From: Rubripirellula sp. | Lineage (GTDB): Bacteria; Planctomycetota; Planctomycetia; Pirellulales; Pirellulaceae | DNA length: 64,000 nt | Reading direction: 5' to 3' | Assembly (NCBI GenBank): GCA_965216875.1 | Contig: OZ244207.1 | Span: forward strand, 32,001 to 96,000 | In this document: positions 1-9,230 of the stretch, piece after piece | Layout of the letters: the number at the start of each line of letters is the position of its first letter | Numbering within the stretch: the stretch's first letter is position 1 | Notes under the pieces: generated by a model | Told to the model about the DNA's origin: nothing | What the model saw: the letters and a program-made list of their open reading frames with translations, nothing else | The model's database searches: none | Program-made: the position numbers and the translations under genes

Positions 1-665
1 TTCAAAGTTCGCATCACCCAGAATGGGACTTGAAAGACAAACAGACTTGCAAGGTACATGTTCAGGACCGGTAGCACTCGACTAACGATTGCAACCGATA
101 CGTCAGTTAGCTTTTGAGATACATTTGAGCAAATCGATTCTTCAGCTTTATGCAACGCACCGCTGGCATCCATGGCGATTTCACACATGCTGATGAAGAG
201 TCGATAAGCTCCTGCCAGCGTATGAAACAGATTGTTCCGAATCCCTGAGAGGTCGGCCCAGTACATTTCGAAGATATCGATGTCAGTTTCAGTACCGGAT
301 TCCGTGTGAGCCTCACGCTCACCAGCTGCATTTGCGTTGGCATTCCCTTCAACAACGTTCTTGTCGTGTAATGACAAGGTCGTCGAGCAAACGGTCGACC
401 GATAAACAGCCTCTTCGGGCTTGGGCTTGTATTCGGCGATCCGCTCGCCGAGTCCCGGAGCCTCCATTGGCGATTCCACAGGCTCGACTTCAATGTTCAC
501 CGTTTGCTCGGTAATGGCACGGTTCCCCACATCACCTCGCTGCTGAATCAGGCAAGCAACGGCTCGCCCCGTTTCCCCAGGAACCTGATTCGCCACACCG
601 TGGATCGCAATCACCGCAACACGCGGTCTTCGATTGTCCTTGGCTTGTCGGTTATCCGGTGCCAT
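1..665 (-). CDS. 5' part of a probable membrane-associated alpha/beta-hydrolase-like protein (runs off window start)
   Basis: Not in ORF track (no stop in window). Manual translation from ATG at 665 is open to base 1: MAPDNRQAKDNRRPRVAVIAIHGVANQVPGETGRAVA...DIFEMYWADLSG..., ending in a hydrophobic stretch. Confidence 0.7.
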   Translation of the reverse strand, partial: MAPDNRQAKDNRRPRVAVIAIHGVANQVPGETGRAVACLIQQRGDVGNRAITEQTVNIEVEPVESPMEAPGLGERIAEYKPKPEEAVYRSTVCSTTLSLHDKNVVEGNANANAAGEREAHTESGTETDIDIFEMYWADLSGIRNNLFHTLAGAYRLFISMCEIAMDASGALHKAEESICSNVSQKLTDVSVAIVSRVLPVLNMYLASLFVFQVPFWVMRTL

Positions 666-718
666 TGCTGCCCCGCAGATTCGTTAGGATTGCCAGTCAA
701 CCTCGTGAGACGCCAAAA

Positions 719-1522
719 CTACTCTGACGTGGATTCCGTGGCCCAGGTGATCGCGTTGGCGATCAGGTCGAGGTACTCGTCCGAAGCGACGGTGACATTG
801 TGATGACCAATGGTTGTACCGAAGATTTTTCCTTCCCCGTACTGGTTAACCCATATGCAAACTTCGGGCTTCGCCACGTGACCGTTATCGCCTTTTGCCA
901 AGACCGTGGCCGTCTTGGCCACTGAAAGAATGTTGTATAGCTCACCGGCGGGCGTTGTCCAAGGATTGTCCAAGTGGGCGGTCACAGCATGATCGAGTGT
1001 CTTGGTGACGGTGATCGGCGCTCGTGGACCGTGGGTTTGCGAACGCACGCCAAGGAGTTTGATCCAGGTCTTTTCGTCGTCGTTGTCCGCCTGCACTTCT
1101 CGGTGAAACGAATGCATGGTGCAGTGCAATACGATCGCTGGAAGGCCTTCGGCGTGGACGGCTGCGAGCGAATCGATGAATTGAGTGTCGGATTCCCAAG
1201 CATGACAAGTGTTGTAGAGGACGATGTCGAATTCTTCTCTCCAATTGACCTTTCGAAAGTGGGTCTTGAGGCTTTCGGTCTGCTTCTCATGCAGGATCGT
1301 CCACCTCACATTGATGCGTTGCCCAATACCGTCAGCGATGATTTGCTTTTGCGATGTGTAGTCATGCGCCCCATCCGGCCCCGTCACCATCAGCACTCGG
1401 ATCGGTCGGCTAGCTGTCCGATCTCTGTCTTCAGCGTTTGCAAGCGTACATCCACTGGCGATGAACAAAAGGCATAGGAGTTTGGGGCGAAAAGCAAGCT
1501 TTCCCGATGACAATAAGTCCAT
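719..1522 (-). CDS. ThuA (trehalose utilisation)/class I glutamine amidotransferase-like secreted protein
   Basis: Signal-like N-terminus; motifs VLMVTG..HDY, LHCTMHSF, GELY, YGEGKIFGTTIGH. Confidence 0.85.
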   Translation of the reverse strand: MDLLSSGKLAFRPKLLCLLFIASGCTLANAEDRDRTASRPIRVLMVTGPDGAHDYTSQKQIIADGIGQRINVRWTILHEKQTESLKTHFRKVNWREEFDIVLYNTCHAWESDTQFIDSLAAVHAEGLPAIVLHCTMHSFHREVQADNDDEKTWIKLLGVRSQTHGPRAPITVTKTLDHAVTAHLDNPWTTPAGELYNILSVAKTATVLAKGDNGHVAKPEVCIWVNQYGEGKIFGTTIGHHNVTVASDEYLDLIANAITWATESTSE

Positions 1523-1760
1523 GAATCAAGTCTGCGTTGGTGCGGTTCGGGGCGGCGTATGCAGGTTTGGCAGCACGAAAGAGTTTAGCGGCCAAACGAT
1601 CGGCGTGTCTGGTGAAAGCGGCGATCGCTCGGCTAGGTGCGAGTTCGCGACCACCGAAATCGGGCAATCCTGCGGCGTATTGGCGAACCAACGGTCGTTT
1701 TGATCATTACGATGTGTCTGCCAAAGTCGACTTTCTATTCAACAAAAACGGGTTCGTTTC

Positions 1761-2753
1761 ATGAGCCGAGCAACCACGCACGTCTGTTTGGTGATTCTGG
1801 CATCCCTGGTTCTTTCTTCTGGAACGTTGCATTCCCAAGAAAGATCGTTCGCGCAAGTGCACACGCAATCGTCGAATCCAATTGAGATTGGTACGGTCGA
1901 GTGGGGGCGAGACCTGGAAGCCGCGTTTGGGCAGGCTGCGTCGAGCGGAAAGCCTGTGTTCCTGTTGTTCCAAGAGGTGCCCGGTTGTGCGGGATGCCAG
2001 AAGTTTGGCCGGGTAGTCCTTTCGCACCCCTTGTTGGTCGAAGCCATTGAAGAAGAGTTCGTTCCTGTTGTCGTTTTCAACAATCGATCGAGCGGAGGCG
2101 ATCGAGAGTTGCTTCGGCGGTTCAATGAGCCCGCTTGGAACTACCAAGTGATTCGATTCTTGGATCCGCAAGGCAATGACATTGTGCCGCGAAAGGATCG
2201 CGTTTGGACGACCGGTGGCGTCGCTGCGCGGATGATCGAAACTCTTGAAAAACGTGAACGTGAGGTTCCGACTTACCTACGGACCGTGCAGGCTACGGCG
2301 GATCTGTCATCGACCGGAATCGCAGCACTGGCGCAACATTGTTTTTGGACGGGTGAATCTCGGCTCGGGCAGATCGACGGCGTGGTTGCAACAGAAGCGG
2401 GGTGGCTTGACGGTCGCGAAGTCACTTTGGTTCGCTATGACAAAAACGAGTTGAGTCTTGAGTCGCTAGCGAAGCAGGCGGCACGCGTGAAGTGCGCGGA
2501 CAAGATCTACACGCCAACCGGACGCTCGTTCGCCGGACTGAAGGCGGGTGTTCTCGATGGCAGCTACCGAGTGGCGCGTGCTTCGGATCAGAAGCGACAA
2601 CTTGCCCGATGGCCTGTCTTTGCCAAGATTCCAGGAATCAATGCCATGCAATTGACGAAAATCAACTCGCTGGCACCCTCGAACGTCCAGGACGCGTTGC
2701 AATGGCTCAGTCCAAGGCAGCGAACTTTCTTGAAGGACGTCACCGCTCGGTAA
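1761..2753 (+). CDS. VPGUxxT-family thioredoxin-like protein (Cys form) with C-terminal MsrA-like domain, secreted
   Basis: Signal peptide; KPVFLLFQEVPGCAGC CxxC motif; HCFWTGE resembles the MsrA GCFW motif. Confidence 0.8.
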   Translation: MSRATTHVCLVILASLVLSSGTLHSQERSFAQVHTQSSNPIEIGTVEWGRDLEAAFGQAASSGKPVFLLFQEVPGCAGCQKFGRVVLSHPLLVEAIEEEFVPVVVFNNRSSGGDRELLRRFNEPAWNYQVIRFLDPQGNDIVPRKDRVWTTGGVAARMIETLEKREREVPTYLRTVQATADLSSTGIAALAQHCFWTGESRLGQIDGVVATEAGWLDGREVTLVRYDKNELSLESLAKQAARVKCADKIYTPTGRSFAGLKAGVLDGSYRVARASDQKRQLARWPVFAKIPGINAMQLTKINSLAPSNVQDALQWLSPRQRTFLKDVTAR

Positions 2754-2980
2754 CATCTTTTCACGAAAATGAACAACGCGACATTTTTTCGTGAAAGATT
2801 GTGAAGGCCTGGGAGTCGCGGCTGCTACGCGTCCTGGCCTTTTTCTGGAAGAACCGCTCCTGCCCTTTTTGGGAAAACCAAGGCCCCTGCGCGCCTGCGG
2901 AAACGCGAACATGGGCCCTTGCGCCGGCGTCTTTCTGAAGAGGCGTTGTGTCGAAGCGTTCCAGCTTCTAACACTCAGTT

Positions 2981-3112
2981 CGTGAGCCGAAGCCGTTAAC
3001 GTCAGGTCAATGGGATTTAATCGTCTCTGGGATATAAGGCGTTTGAACCTGAGGCCCGACGCTAGCTAGCGCTTTCGGCTCACGCTGCTTTCGCCGAGTG
3101 AAAGGCGACGAT
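2981..3112. repeat. REP-like palindromic element (CGTGAGCCGAAGC...GCTTTCGGCTCACG) plus half copy of the ...GAAAGGCGAC family
   Basis: Terminal inverted repeat; related GTGAGCCG...GCTAGCGTCGGGCC near 41024 and CTTTCGC..AG.GAAAGGCGAC near 56213. Confidence 0.6.
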
Positions 3113-3209
3113 CTAAAACTATTTTGTTTTTCGTTTTTTTAAACCAATGACGCTCGAGAAGTTACGAACTATGAACCATTTGGCAATCACCCTTGAGAAA
3201 CAGCAAACT

Positions 3210-3416
3210 ATGAAGCGTTTGGCAATTACTCTTTTACTAGCGTCTTTCACACTCCCTGTGCTCATCGGTTGTGATGAAGCCGAGCCTGTGGGCGGAAACG
3301 TTGTCGCAGGGGCAACCGAGGCGGAGAAAGAAGCCTATCGCCAAGGTTACGACGACCAGGTCCAAGCCATGCAGGAAATGGAAGCAATGACTCAGAATGA
3401 AGGTGGTTTGCAATAG
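3210..3416 (+). CDS. Small acidic lipoprotein
   Basis: MKRLAITLLLASFTLPVLIGC signal with lipobox LIGC; alternative in-frame starts at 3147 and 3171. Confidence 0.75.
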   Translation: MKRLAITLLLASFTLPVLIGCDEAEPVGGNVVAGATEAEKEAYRQGYDDQVQAMQEMEAMTQNEGGLQ

Positions 3417-3590
3417 ACCACCTAAACGATTCGATCTTCAGAATTTCCGTGCCGACGCTGGGTATTGCGTCTCTTTTACGGTGACGGGATCCGTCCTCCA
3501 TGTTGAGGTGGCAGATGCCACAATCGTCAACCAGTGTTGGGCCGTCGATGGCGCGGCAATTCGCATTGCGATGCGGGCACGGTTATAGGG

Positions 3591-3709
3591 TTGCCGTGTT
3601 CCAATGTGGTTTGCTCCGCCGAAAGGGACTGAATGATGAGCCCTCCGAGCAGAATAGGGCTCGTGTTCGTCTTCTTTCGGTGGAGCAAGACGCATTGGAA
3701 CCGTGGCAA
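3591..3709 (+). ncRNA. Candidate structured RNA, or long palindromic element (119-nt rod hairpin)
   Basis: TTGCC/GGCAA, GTTCCAATGTG/CGCATTGGAAC, TTGCTCCGCCGAAAG/CTTTCGGTGGAGCAA and GAGCCCT/AGGGCTC nest perfectly; non-canonical pairs are G-U on + strand. Confidence 0.4.
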
Positions 3710-3725
3710 GGATTGCGGCACCAAG

Positions 3726-5051
3726 CTATTGGGAGATTGATTCTGTCGGGCCTTCGACGACGTTCGCTTTGGTGCCTTCGCCATTTTCGGACGCTTGGTG
3801 AAACCGCCATTGTTTCCCAACGATCAAACGGGCGCCGCGCCGAAAGGTGAGATACGACCATGCCCAACTGAGGACGACCAGCAAGCGTCGACGAAATCCG
3901 GTCAAGTAGTAGATGTGGATGACGAGCCATGCGATCCATGCGCCGAAACCTCCAAGTCGAAATCTGCCGACTTCGGTGATCGCGCGACTGCGACCGATCG
4001 TTGCCATCTGCCCTTTGTCTTTGTATTGAAACTCTTGGCGTTGGCTTCCATCAAGTTCACGCAAAATGTTCTTGGCGAGGAAGCGACCTTGTTGCATGGC
4101 GACCGGGGCAAGGCCGGGCAGAGGCGAGCCGCTGTGATCAACATGCGCTTGGTCACCGGCGACAAAGACATTGGGATGCCCTTTAACGCTCAGGTCAGCC
4201 TCCACCACGACACGCCCGGTGCGATCGACTTCCAAATTCAACTTGGATCCGAGGCTTGATGCTTGAACGCCGGCGGCCCAAAGCACGGTTCCCGCGCTGA
4301 TGCGTTCTTCACTCACTTCGACCCCACTTTCGTCCACTTGATTGACAAGGCTCGAAGTCCAGACTTGAACCCCCAAGCTCTCGAGGTCTCGGGTCGCGCG
4401 TTTGGACAATTTGGGCGAAAACATCGAAAGGATTCGTGGTCCGCCTTCGATCAAAATCACACGAGCAAGCGCAGGTTCGATGTTGCGAAAGTCGCGAGCA
4501 AGGGTGAACCGGCTCATTTCGCCGATCGCGCCCGCCAGTTCAACGCCAGTGGGGCCGCCCCCAACAACAACGAAGGTAAGCAAACGCCTTTGCTCGTCGG
4601 CGTTTGTCGAACGTTCCGCCTGTTCGAACGCGGTCAGCACACGGCGCCGAATCTCGGTTGCTTGCTCAACCGTTTTGAGTCCTGGCGCGAACCTTTCCCA
4701 ATGATCTTTGCCGAAGTAACTATGTTTGGCTCCACAGGCAAGGATCAAGTAATCGTAGGGCACATCACCGAAGTCGGCTTTCACTTTCTTGCCGTCAAAG
4801 TCGACCGATTTGACTTCGCCTTGCAAGACGTGCGCGTTCTTTTGCTTTGACAAAATGCTGCGTATGGGGGCAGCGATGTCAGCGGGGCTGAGTCCCGCCA
4901 TCGCAACTTGGTAGAGCAGCGGTTGGAAGAGATGGTGATTTCGGCGATCAATCAACGTGACGTGAACATGCTTTGCGCGACGAAACCCCTTCGCAGCATT
5001 GAGGCCGGCAAACCCGCCCCCAACGATGACCACGCGAGTGATGTTGTCCAT
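3726..5051 (-). CDS. ndh: Type II NADH dehydrogenase (NDH-2)
   Basis: VVIVGGGFAG FAD motif, HLFQPLLYQVA, VVVGGGPTGVE NADH motif, AGD, YKDKGQMATIG. Confidence 0.93.
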   Translation of the reverse strand: MDNITRVVIVGGGFAGLNAAKGFRRAKHVHVTLIDRRNHHLFQPLLYQVAMAGLSPADIAAPIRSILSKQKNAHVLQGEVKSVDFDGKKVKADFGDVPYDYLILACGAKHSYFGKDHWERFAPGLKTVEQATEIRRRVLTAFEQAERSTNADEQRRLLTFVVVGGGPTGVELAGAIGEMSRFTLARDFRNIEPALARVILIEGGPRILSMFSPKLSKRATRDLESLGVQVWTSSLVNQVDESGVEVSEERISAGTVLWAAGVQASSLGSKLNLEVDRTGRVVVEADLSVKGHPNVFVAGDQAHVDHSGSPLPGLAPVAMQQGRFLAKNILRELDGSQRQEFQYKDKGQMATIGRSRAITEVGRFRLGGFGAWIAWLVIHIYYLTGFRRRLLVVLSWAWSYLTFRRGARLIVGKQWRFHQASENGEGTKANVVEGPTESISQ

Positions 5052-5366
5052 GAGAGAATTGAACCAATGACCTCTGGGATAACGATAGTAGCGTTGACTC
5101 CCTCCAATCTACATCGCAGCCAAGAATTGACTAGGTGCCGTGATGGTTCGGCAGGTCGCGCACCCAGGCATCGAATTGCTGAACCGTGAGAAATCTTTGC
5201 GTTGCGGGACGCCAATCGATCTTTCAGGCGTTCGCGTATTTGTAATCTTTCACACGGACGCTCCAGTAGGAATGATCAAAGCCTCGGTCTGCATGAGGTT
5301 TGCTGTGTTGGCTGGTAGAAACGGTTCGCGGTTGGCCGTGTCGGTGACGCGCCGTCTTGCGAGCCC

Positions 5367-8300
5367 TCACGCATCCGATTCGGCTTTTTCGGCCGTCAAC
5401 GGATCGGGTATTGACGATTTGCGAACTGAGTCACTGATGGTTGCGCGATTGAGCGATTCCACGAAAGAATTGATTCGATCCTTGAAACGCTGTGATCCCG
5501 CACAGTTGTAGGCTTCGAGTGGAGGTTTGTTGTCAAGCAGGCTATTGCTTTGCCGCAGAGTCGAGCAGATCCAACGTCTCAAGAGTCTCGCATGTCGATC
5601 GTACTGGCGGATTCGCGATCGCCACAGCCACCGAAATGCATCCTCGCCTTCACGCATTCCAAGTTGTACAAGTTCGTGGTATTTGACTTTGTGTGTTCGA
5701 TTGTCGGATTCGTCATGGTGCCAAAGGGGCGTCCAAAGCTCTTGATGCGAGTCGTTTTCGGTAGCAAGTTGGTTGGCGTCACGGACCGGCAATCCGATCC
5801 CGTATTGCAGACGCAAGATGTTTGCGCGTCGGCTGGTGAGCAAGTCGATGGCTCTCTCACCCATTTGGTACGAGCGACTGCCTCGGGCCGTCGCGAGAAA
5901 CCAGTCTCCGCGAACACTTCGCGAGCCTGGTAGTCGCGCGGGGATATAGATGTCGTTAACACGTCGCGGTTCTTGGGTCGTATGCGCAGCGGAATACCAA
6001 GTCCGGAAGGCAACAGGAATTCGGTTGCCCTCGTTTTGCGGCTTGGCGATGTTCTCGTCCGTCATCACTTCTGGCGGCAAGAGAGCAGCCATGATCAGAA
6101 GTGCCCTGTGCGCTTCTTCGTTGAAGCAAGTCAGGATTTCGGCCAGATTCCAAATGGAGTGTTCTTCTCGCGAGTGCGGAAACACATCGTCAATGGTGTG
6201 TCGATGTCCGGAGGGATGGGTGCCCATCTTGCCGTTTGACGAGTGCAGGTCCTTGTCGATTTCGGAAGCCCAGATTTCGAAGAAGAGGCAGCTGATCGTT
6301 TCTTGGATTTCGGGGGCGACAGCGAACGGAACGTAATGGTGTTGGTTGTTGGCAAGGCTGCGGTTACGAGCAAGAGCAATGTCGTTGCATTGTTCGGCCA
6401 ACTTGCGCCAATCGAGAACGTTGCCTCCCTTCATGGCGAGCCCGGGATCGGCGGTCGCCCCGGCATCTGTATCGAGTGTCGTGAACTGATCCCAGGTGTT
6501 GCGATGGTCGGATGAACCTTGCCACGCCGTACGGTTCACCATCAAGAATCCGAAGTCCCAAGCGTAGGGGACTTTCTGGACGTGAGGCTCGCGTTTGAGC
6601 AACTCAGGAAGGTCATAGCCAGTGGTGGAAAAGAAGTCAGACCGGCGAAGCGTTTTGGTCTGCAATGGTTCTTCGCTGCCCTCGAGGCTGGCGATGTTCG
6701 CAACGTGCATCGCTTCGGTGGGCTGGAACAGATGAAACGGGTCATCGGTGATGTAGTTGTAGACCTTGTCGACGACGAACGAGCCCGAGCTGTTGTCACG
6801 GCGGTAGCTCACCTCGGACGTTTCTGCGTCAAGGAACGCGTGTTGATCCTGCAGCTGCATTGAATGCGAACGAGACCAGAACTCGTCAACCTGCAGAACG
6901 AGAGTGTACGGGTACCTCGCAACTCCTTGTAGCTCGGTGAACTCGCGCAGCCGTTCGTAGTTCCCAGGGTCCTCGTCGCAGATGACACTCGGCGATTGCT
7001 CGCTGGCATTGGTCATCTTTTCAAATAGAAAGCGTATGTCTTCAATGTAGGTTTGCGCTGTCTGTGAACCTGCATAAAGGTGCACACGCAGTGGGACATA
7101 TCGCGGTGGGTCTTCGCCTTTCTCGAGCCCTTCGTAGAGTTCGAAGGCTCGCCCTACTGCCACCTTCCAGCTCTGGTTGTTTTTCAGGTGAGGCGGCCGC
7201 AGGAATTTGTCGCCGTTCGTCTGCGGGTTCTGAAACACCTTTAGCTCACGCGTGAAGCTACCCTGGCCAGAGTTTTGCTGAGGGGTGACGGTAATCGCAA
7301 CACGGCTTTCGCCAAAGTACGGCACACGCCAAGTGAACAACTGCATTGCAGTTAACTCGCGGAGCCGCCGAGTCGCTTTGAGCGCGAGCTGGGCAGTGAA
7401 CCCCCTCGCTTCGTTGCCAACGATAAGCGTGGCGATTCCCTCACGACGAAGAAAGAACATCAAGCAAGGAAGGAAAAGCGGGTCGCGCTCGACCAGTGGA
7501 TACATGTCACGAATCGCCGTCCAGTTGTCGATCACAAGTCGGACGCGCCAGCCAATCTTGCGCCGTTTTTCTTCATCTTGCCAAACGCTGCCGTCTTTAG
7601 GGTAGCCGTTCGCATCGAGCTCCAAGAGCAGAGTTGCTTGGGCTCGTTTGACGGCCTGTGAGATCACATGAAACAGACTTTCGCCCGTTTGGGTGTGGAC
7701 TTCCAGACGCCGGCAAAAGACGTGATGCCGATCCGTGATCTTTTCGCCGAGGTGACGTTCGAGTCGTTCGATCAGTCCAGCGCGTTCGAGAGTCTTGGTC
7801 GTAATCAAAATGGCAACGCAGGATTCATCGTCGTCACGCTTGCGTTTCGCTTGCGCGAGAAACGCTTTGCTCAACTTACTCTTGTAGGTTTGGTCTTCAC
7901 CAATCAATGCGACAGGGTCGGCTGTTGAGATTCCACGCGGATCGCCAATCAGTTCTATATTCCGATCGAAGTCTCGTGCTTCAAGAATTCCGTCGAGATT
8001 CTCGATTCCGAACGACGCCAGTGGCGGCGTGCTTGATTCAATCCGTTGCCCCTTCGCCTTCATGATTTGGCGATTGACAAGGTTAAGCGAATGAAGCACG
8101 TAGACGTAGGATTGGCTGACGTTGCGAGTTTCAGCGGGGATTCCCTTTTCTTCGAGTGCAAAGGGAGGCATGCCGTCGCGTTTTTGGACAGCGATGACGG
8201 GCGGGTCGTCGGCATTGAATGACTCTCCGGTCGTCGATCCTCGGCCGTCGCGGATGATCAACGCGTGAGGGCCCGGCACGTGTGCTTGGGCTCGCACCTT

Positions 8301-9224
8301 TTCGACCTGAACGAAACGCTGCAGGTAGCCATCTTCCGCTTTGGTTCCGAGGTGGATCACAGCGTCGGCAATGAATTCTTCGGGCGTCTTTGTCCCGTCA
8401 TTGTTCGCTTCGACAAGGAAGACCAAATGACATTTCCCTGCCGCTGTGCGAATTAACTGTGCGACGCGCGATCTCCGATCACGTCGCTGACCGAACGCAT
8501 CGATGTCGCCAACAAGGACTTCAAGTCCCTCGACCGCATCGACGATCATCAAGTGCTTTGGCTGGTGCGGCTCGGGCGGAGGTAGTGATCCGATCAGCCG
8601 GTTGATGTATCCCCAGTCGTCGCCAGTGGTGTGAGTGGCGAGGTCAATGAAATGAACGTGCCCTTCGTTGTCCTCCCAGATTCCATCGTCAAGCGGCAAG
8701 CGTTCACTGAGTTCGGTTTGTTCGACATCCTTCACATTGAACTGTTCGAGGACGTGGCTGATATCGTAGGGGTCGTCGATCCGACCTGGGCAGCAGTTGA
8801 GACCGAAGTTGCGCCAAGAGACGTCCGCACGTCCGAAGGTCAAATCCGTGGATGCATAAAGCACGAGTGGATCAAAGTCTTTTCGAGCGTCGCCGAGGAA
8901 CTCGTTGACGTCGGCGCGATAGCGCGCGGCCATGTGCATGGCGAGAATCGATTTGCCCACCCCGTCGATTCCGATCAAGCAGACCGAAACAGTATCCTGC
9001 TTGAGGGTCTTGCCCTTGACGAGCGAGTTGATTCCCACGCCTGGCTTGAGATTGCTGAGGATCTTTCCGTCACCGACATCGACGCGCGGGTGTCCCAGCA
9101 GAGTGTCGAGGCTTGGAATGCCGAATCGCAAAACGAGGCGGTCTTTTGCATCGGCCGCGTCTTCGGCGTCAGGAACATCAGGTGTGTCGGCCGCATCGTT
9201 GTTGTCGAGTTCTTCTTTTATCAC
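5367..9224 (-). CDS. KaiC-like double RecA-fold ATPase fused to a C-terminal solute-binding-protein-like domain
   Basis: Domain 1: FGIPSLDTLL, Walker A GIDGVGKS, Walker B MIVD, EEFIADAVIHL, RFVQVEKVR. Domain 2: FGIENLDGIL, GEDQTYKS, LVID. C-terminal: VDEFW, VPYAWDFGFLMVNR, GDWFLA, LLTS, GLPVR. Confidence 0.75.
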   Translation of the reverse strand: MIKEELDNNDAADTPDVPDAEDAADAKDRLVLRFGIPSLDTLLGHPRVDVGDGKILSNLKPGVGINSLVKGKTLKQDTVSVCLIGIDGVGKSILAMHMAARYRADVNEFLGDARKDFDPLVLYASTDLTFGRADVSWRNFGLNCCPGRIDDPYDISHVLEQFNVKDVEQTELSERLPLDDGIWEDNEGHVHFIDLATHTTGDDWGYINRLIGSLPPPEPHQPKHLMIVDAVEGLEVLVGDIDAFGQRRDRRSRVAQLIRTAAGKCHLVFLVEANNDGTKTPEEFIADAVIHLGTKAEDGYLQRFVQVEKVRAQAHVPGPHALIIRDGRGSTTGESFNADDPPVIAVQKRDGMPPFALEEKGIPAETRNVSQSYVYVLHSLNLVNRQIMKAKGQRIESSTPPLASFGIENLDGILEARDFDRNIELIGDPRGISTADPVALIGEDQTYKSKLSKAFLAQAKRKRDDDESCVAILITTKTLERAGLIERLERHLGEKITDRHHVFCRRLEVHTQTGESLFHVISQAVKRAQATLLLELDANGYPKDGSVWQDEEKRRKIGWRVRLVIDNWTAIRDMYPLVERDPLFLPCLMFFLRREGIATLIVGNEARGFTAQLALKATRRLRELTAMQLFTWRVPYFGESRVAITVTPQQNSGQGSFTRELKVFQNPQTNGDKFLRPPHLKNNQSWKVAVGRAFELYEGLEKGEDPPRYVPLRVHLYAGSQTAQTYIEDIRFLFEKMTNASEQSPSVICDEDPGNYERLREFTELQGVARYPYTLVLQVDEFWSRSHSMQLQDQHAFLDAETSEVSYRRDNSSGSFVVDKVYNYITDDPFHLFQPTEAMHVANIASLEGSEEPLQTKTLRRSDFFSTTGYDLPELLKREPHVQKVPYAWDFGFLMVNRTAWQGSSDHRNTWDQFTTLDTDAGATADPGLAMKGGNVLDWRKLAEQCNDIALARNRSLANNQHHYVPFAVAPEIQETISCLFFEIWASEIDKDLHSSNGKMGTHPSGHRHTIDDVFPHSREEHSIWNLAEILTCFNEEAHRALLIMAALLPPEVMTDENIAKPQNEGNRIPVAFRTWYSAAHTTQEPRRVNDIYIPARLPGSRSVRGDWFLATARGSRSYQMGERAIDLLTSRRANILRLQYGIGLPVRDANQLATENDSHQELWTPLWHHDESDNRTHKVKYHELVQLGMREGEDAFRWLWRSRIRQYDRHARLLRRWICSTLRQSNSLLDNKPPLEAYNCAGSQRFKDRINSFVESLNRATISDSVRKSSIPDPLTAEKAESDA

Positions 9225-9230
9225 GGTTGG

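Noticed and set aside
107..493. 128-aa minus-strand ORF in the track
   Set aside because: Wrong frame; the overlapping frame from ATG 665 is longer and protein-like
1970..2000. Selenocysteine recoding in the VPG motif
   Set aside because: The codon is TGT (Cys), not TGA
5367..9224. True circadian kaiC
   Set aside because: No kaiA/kaiB, catalytic EE and phosphosites not evident, and a large extra domain
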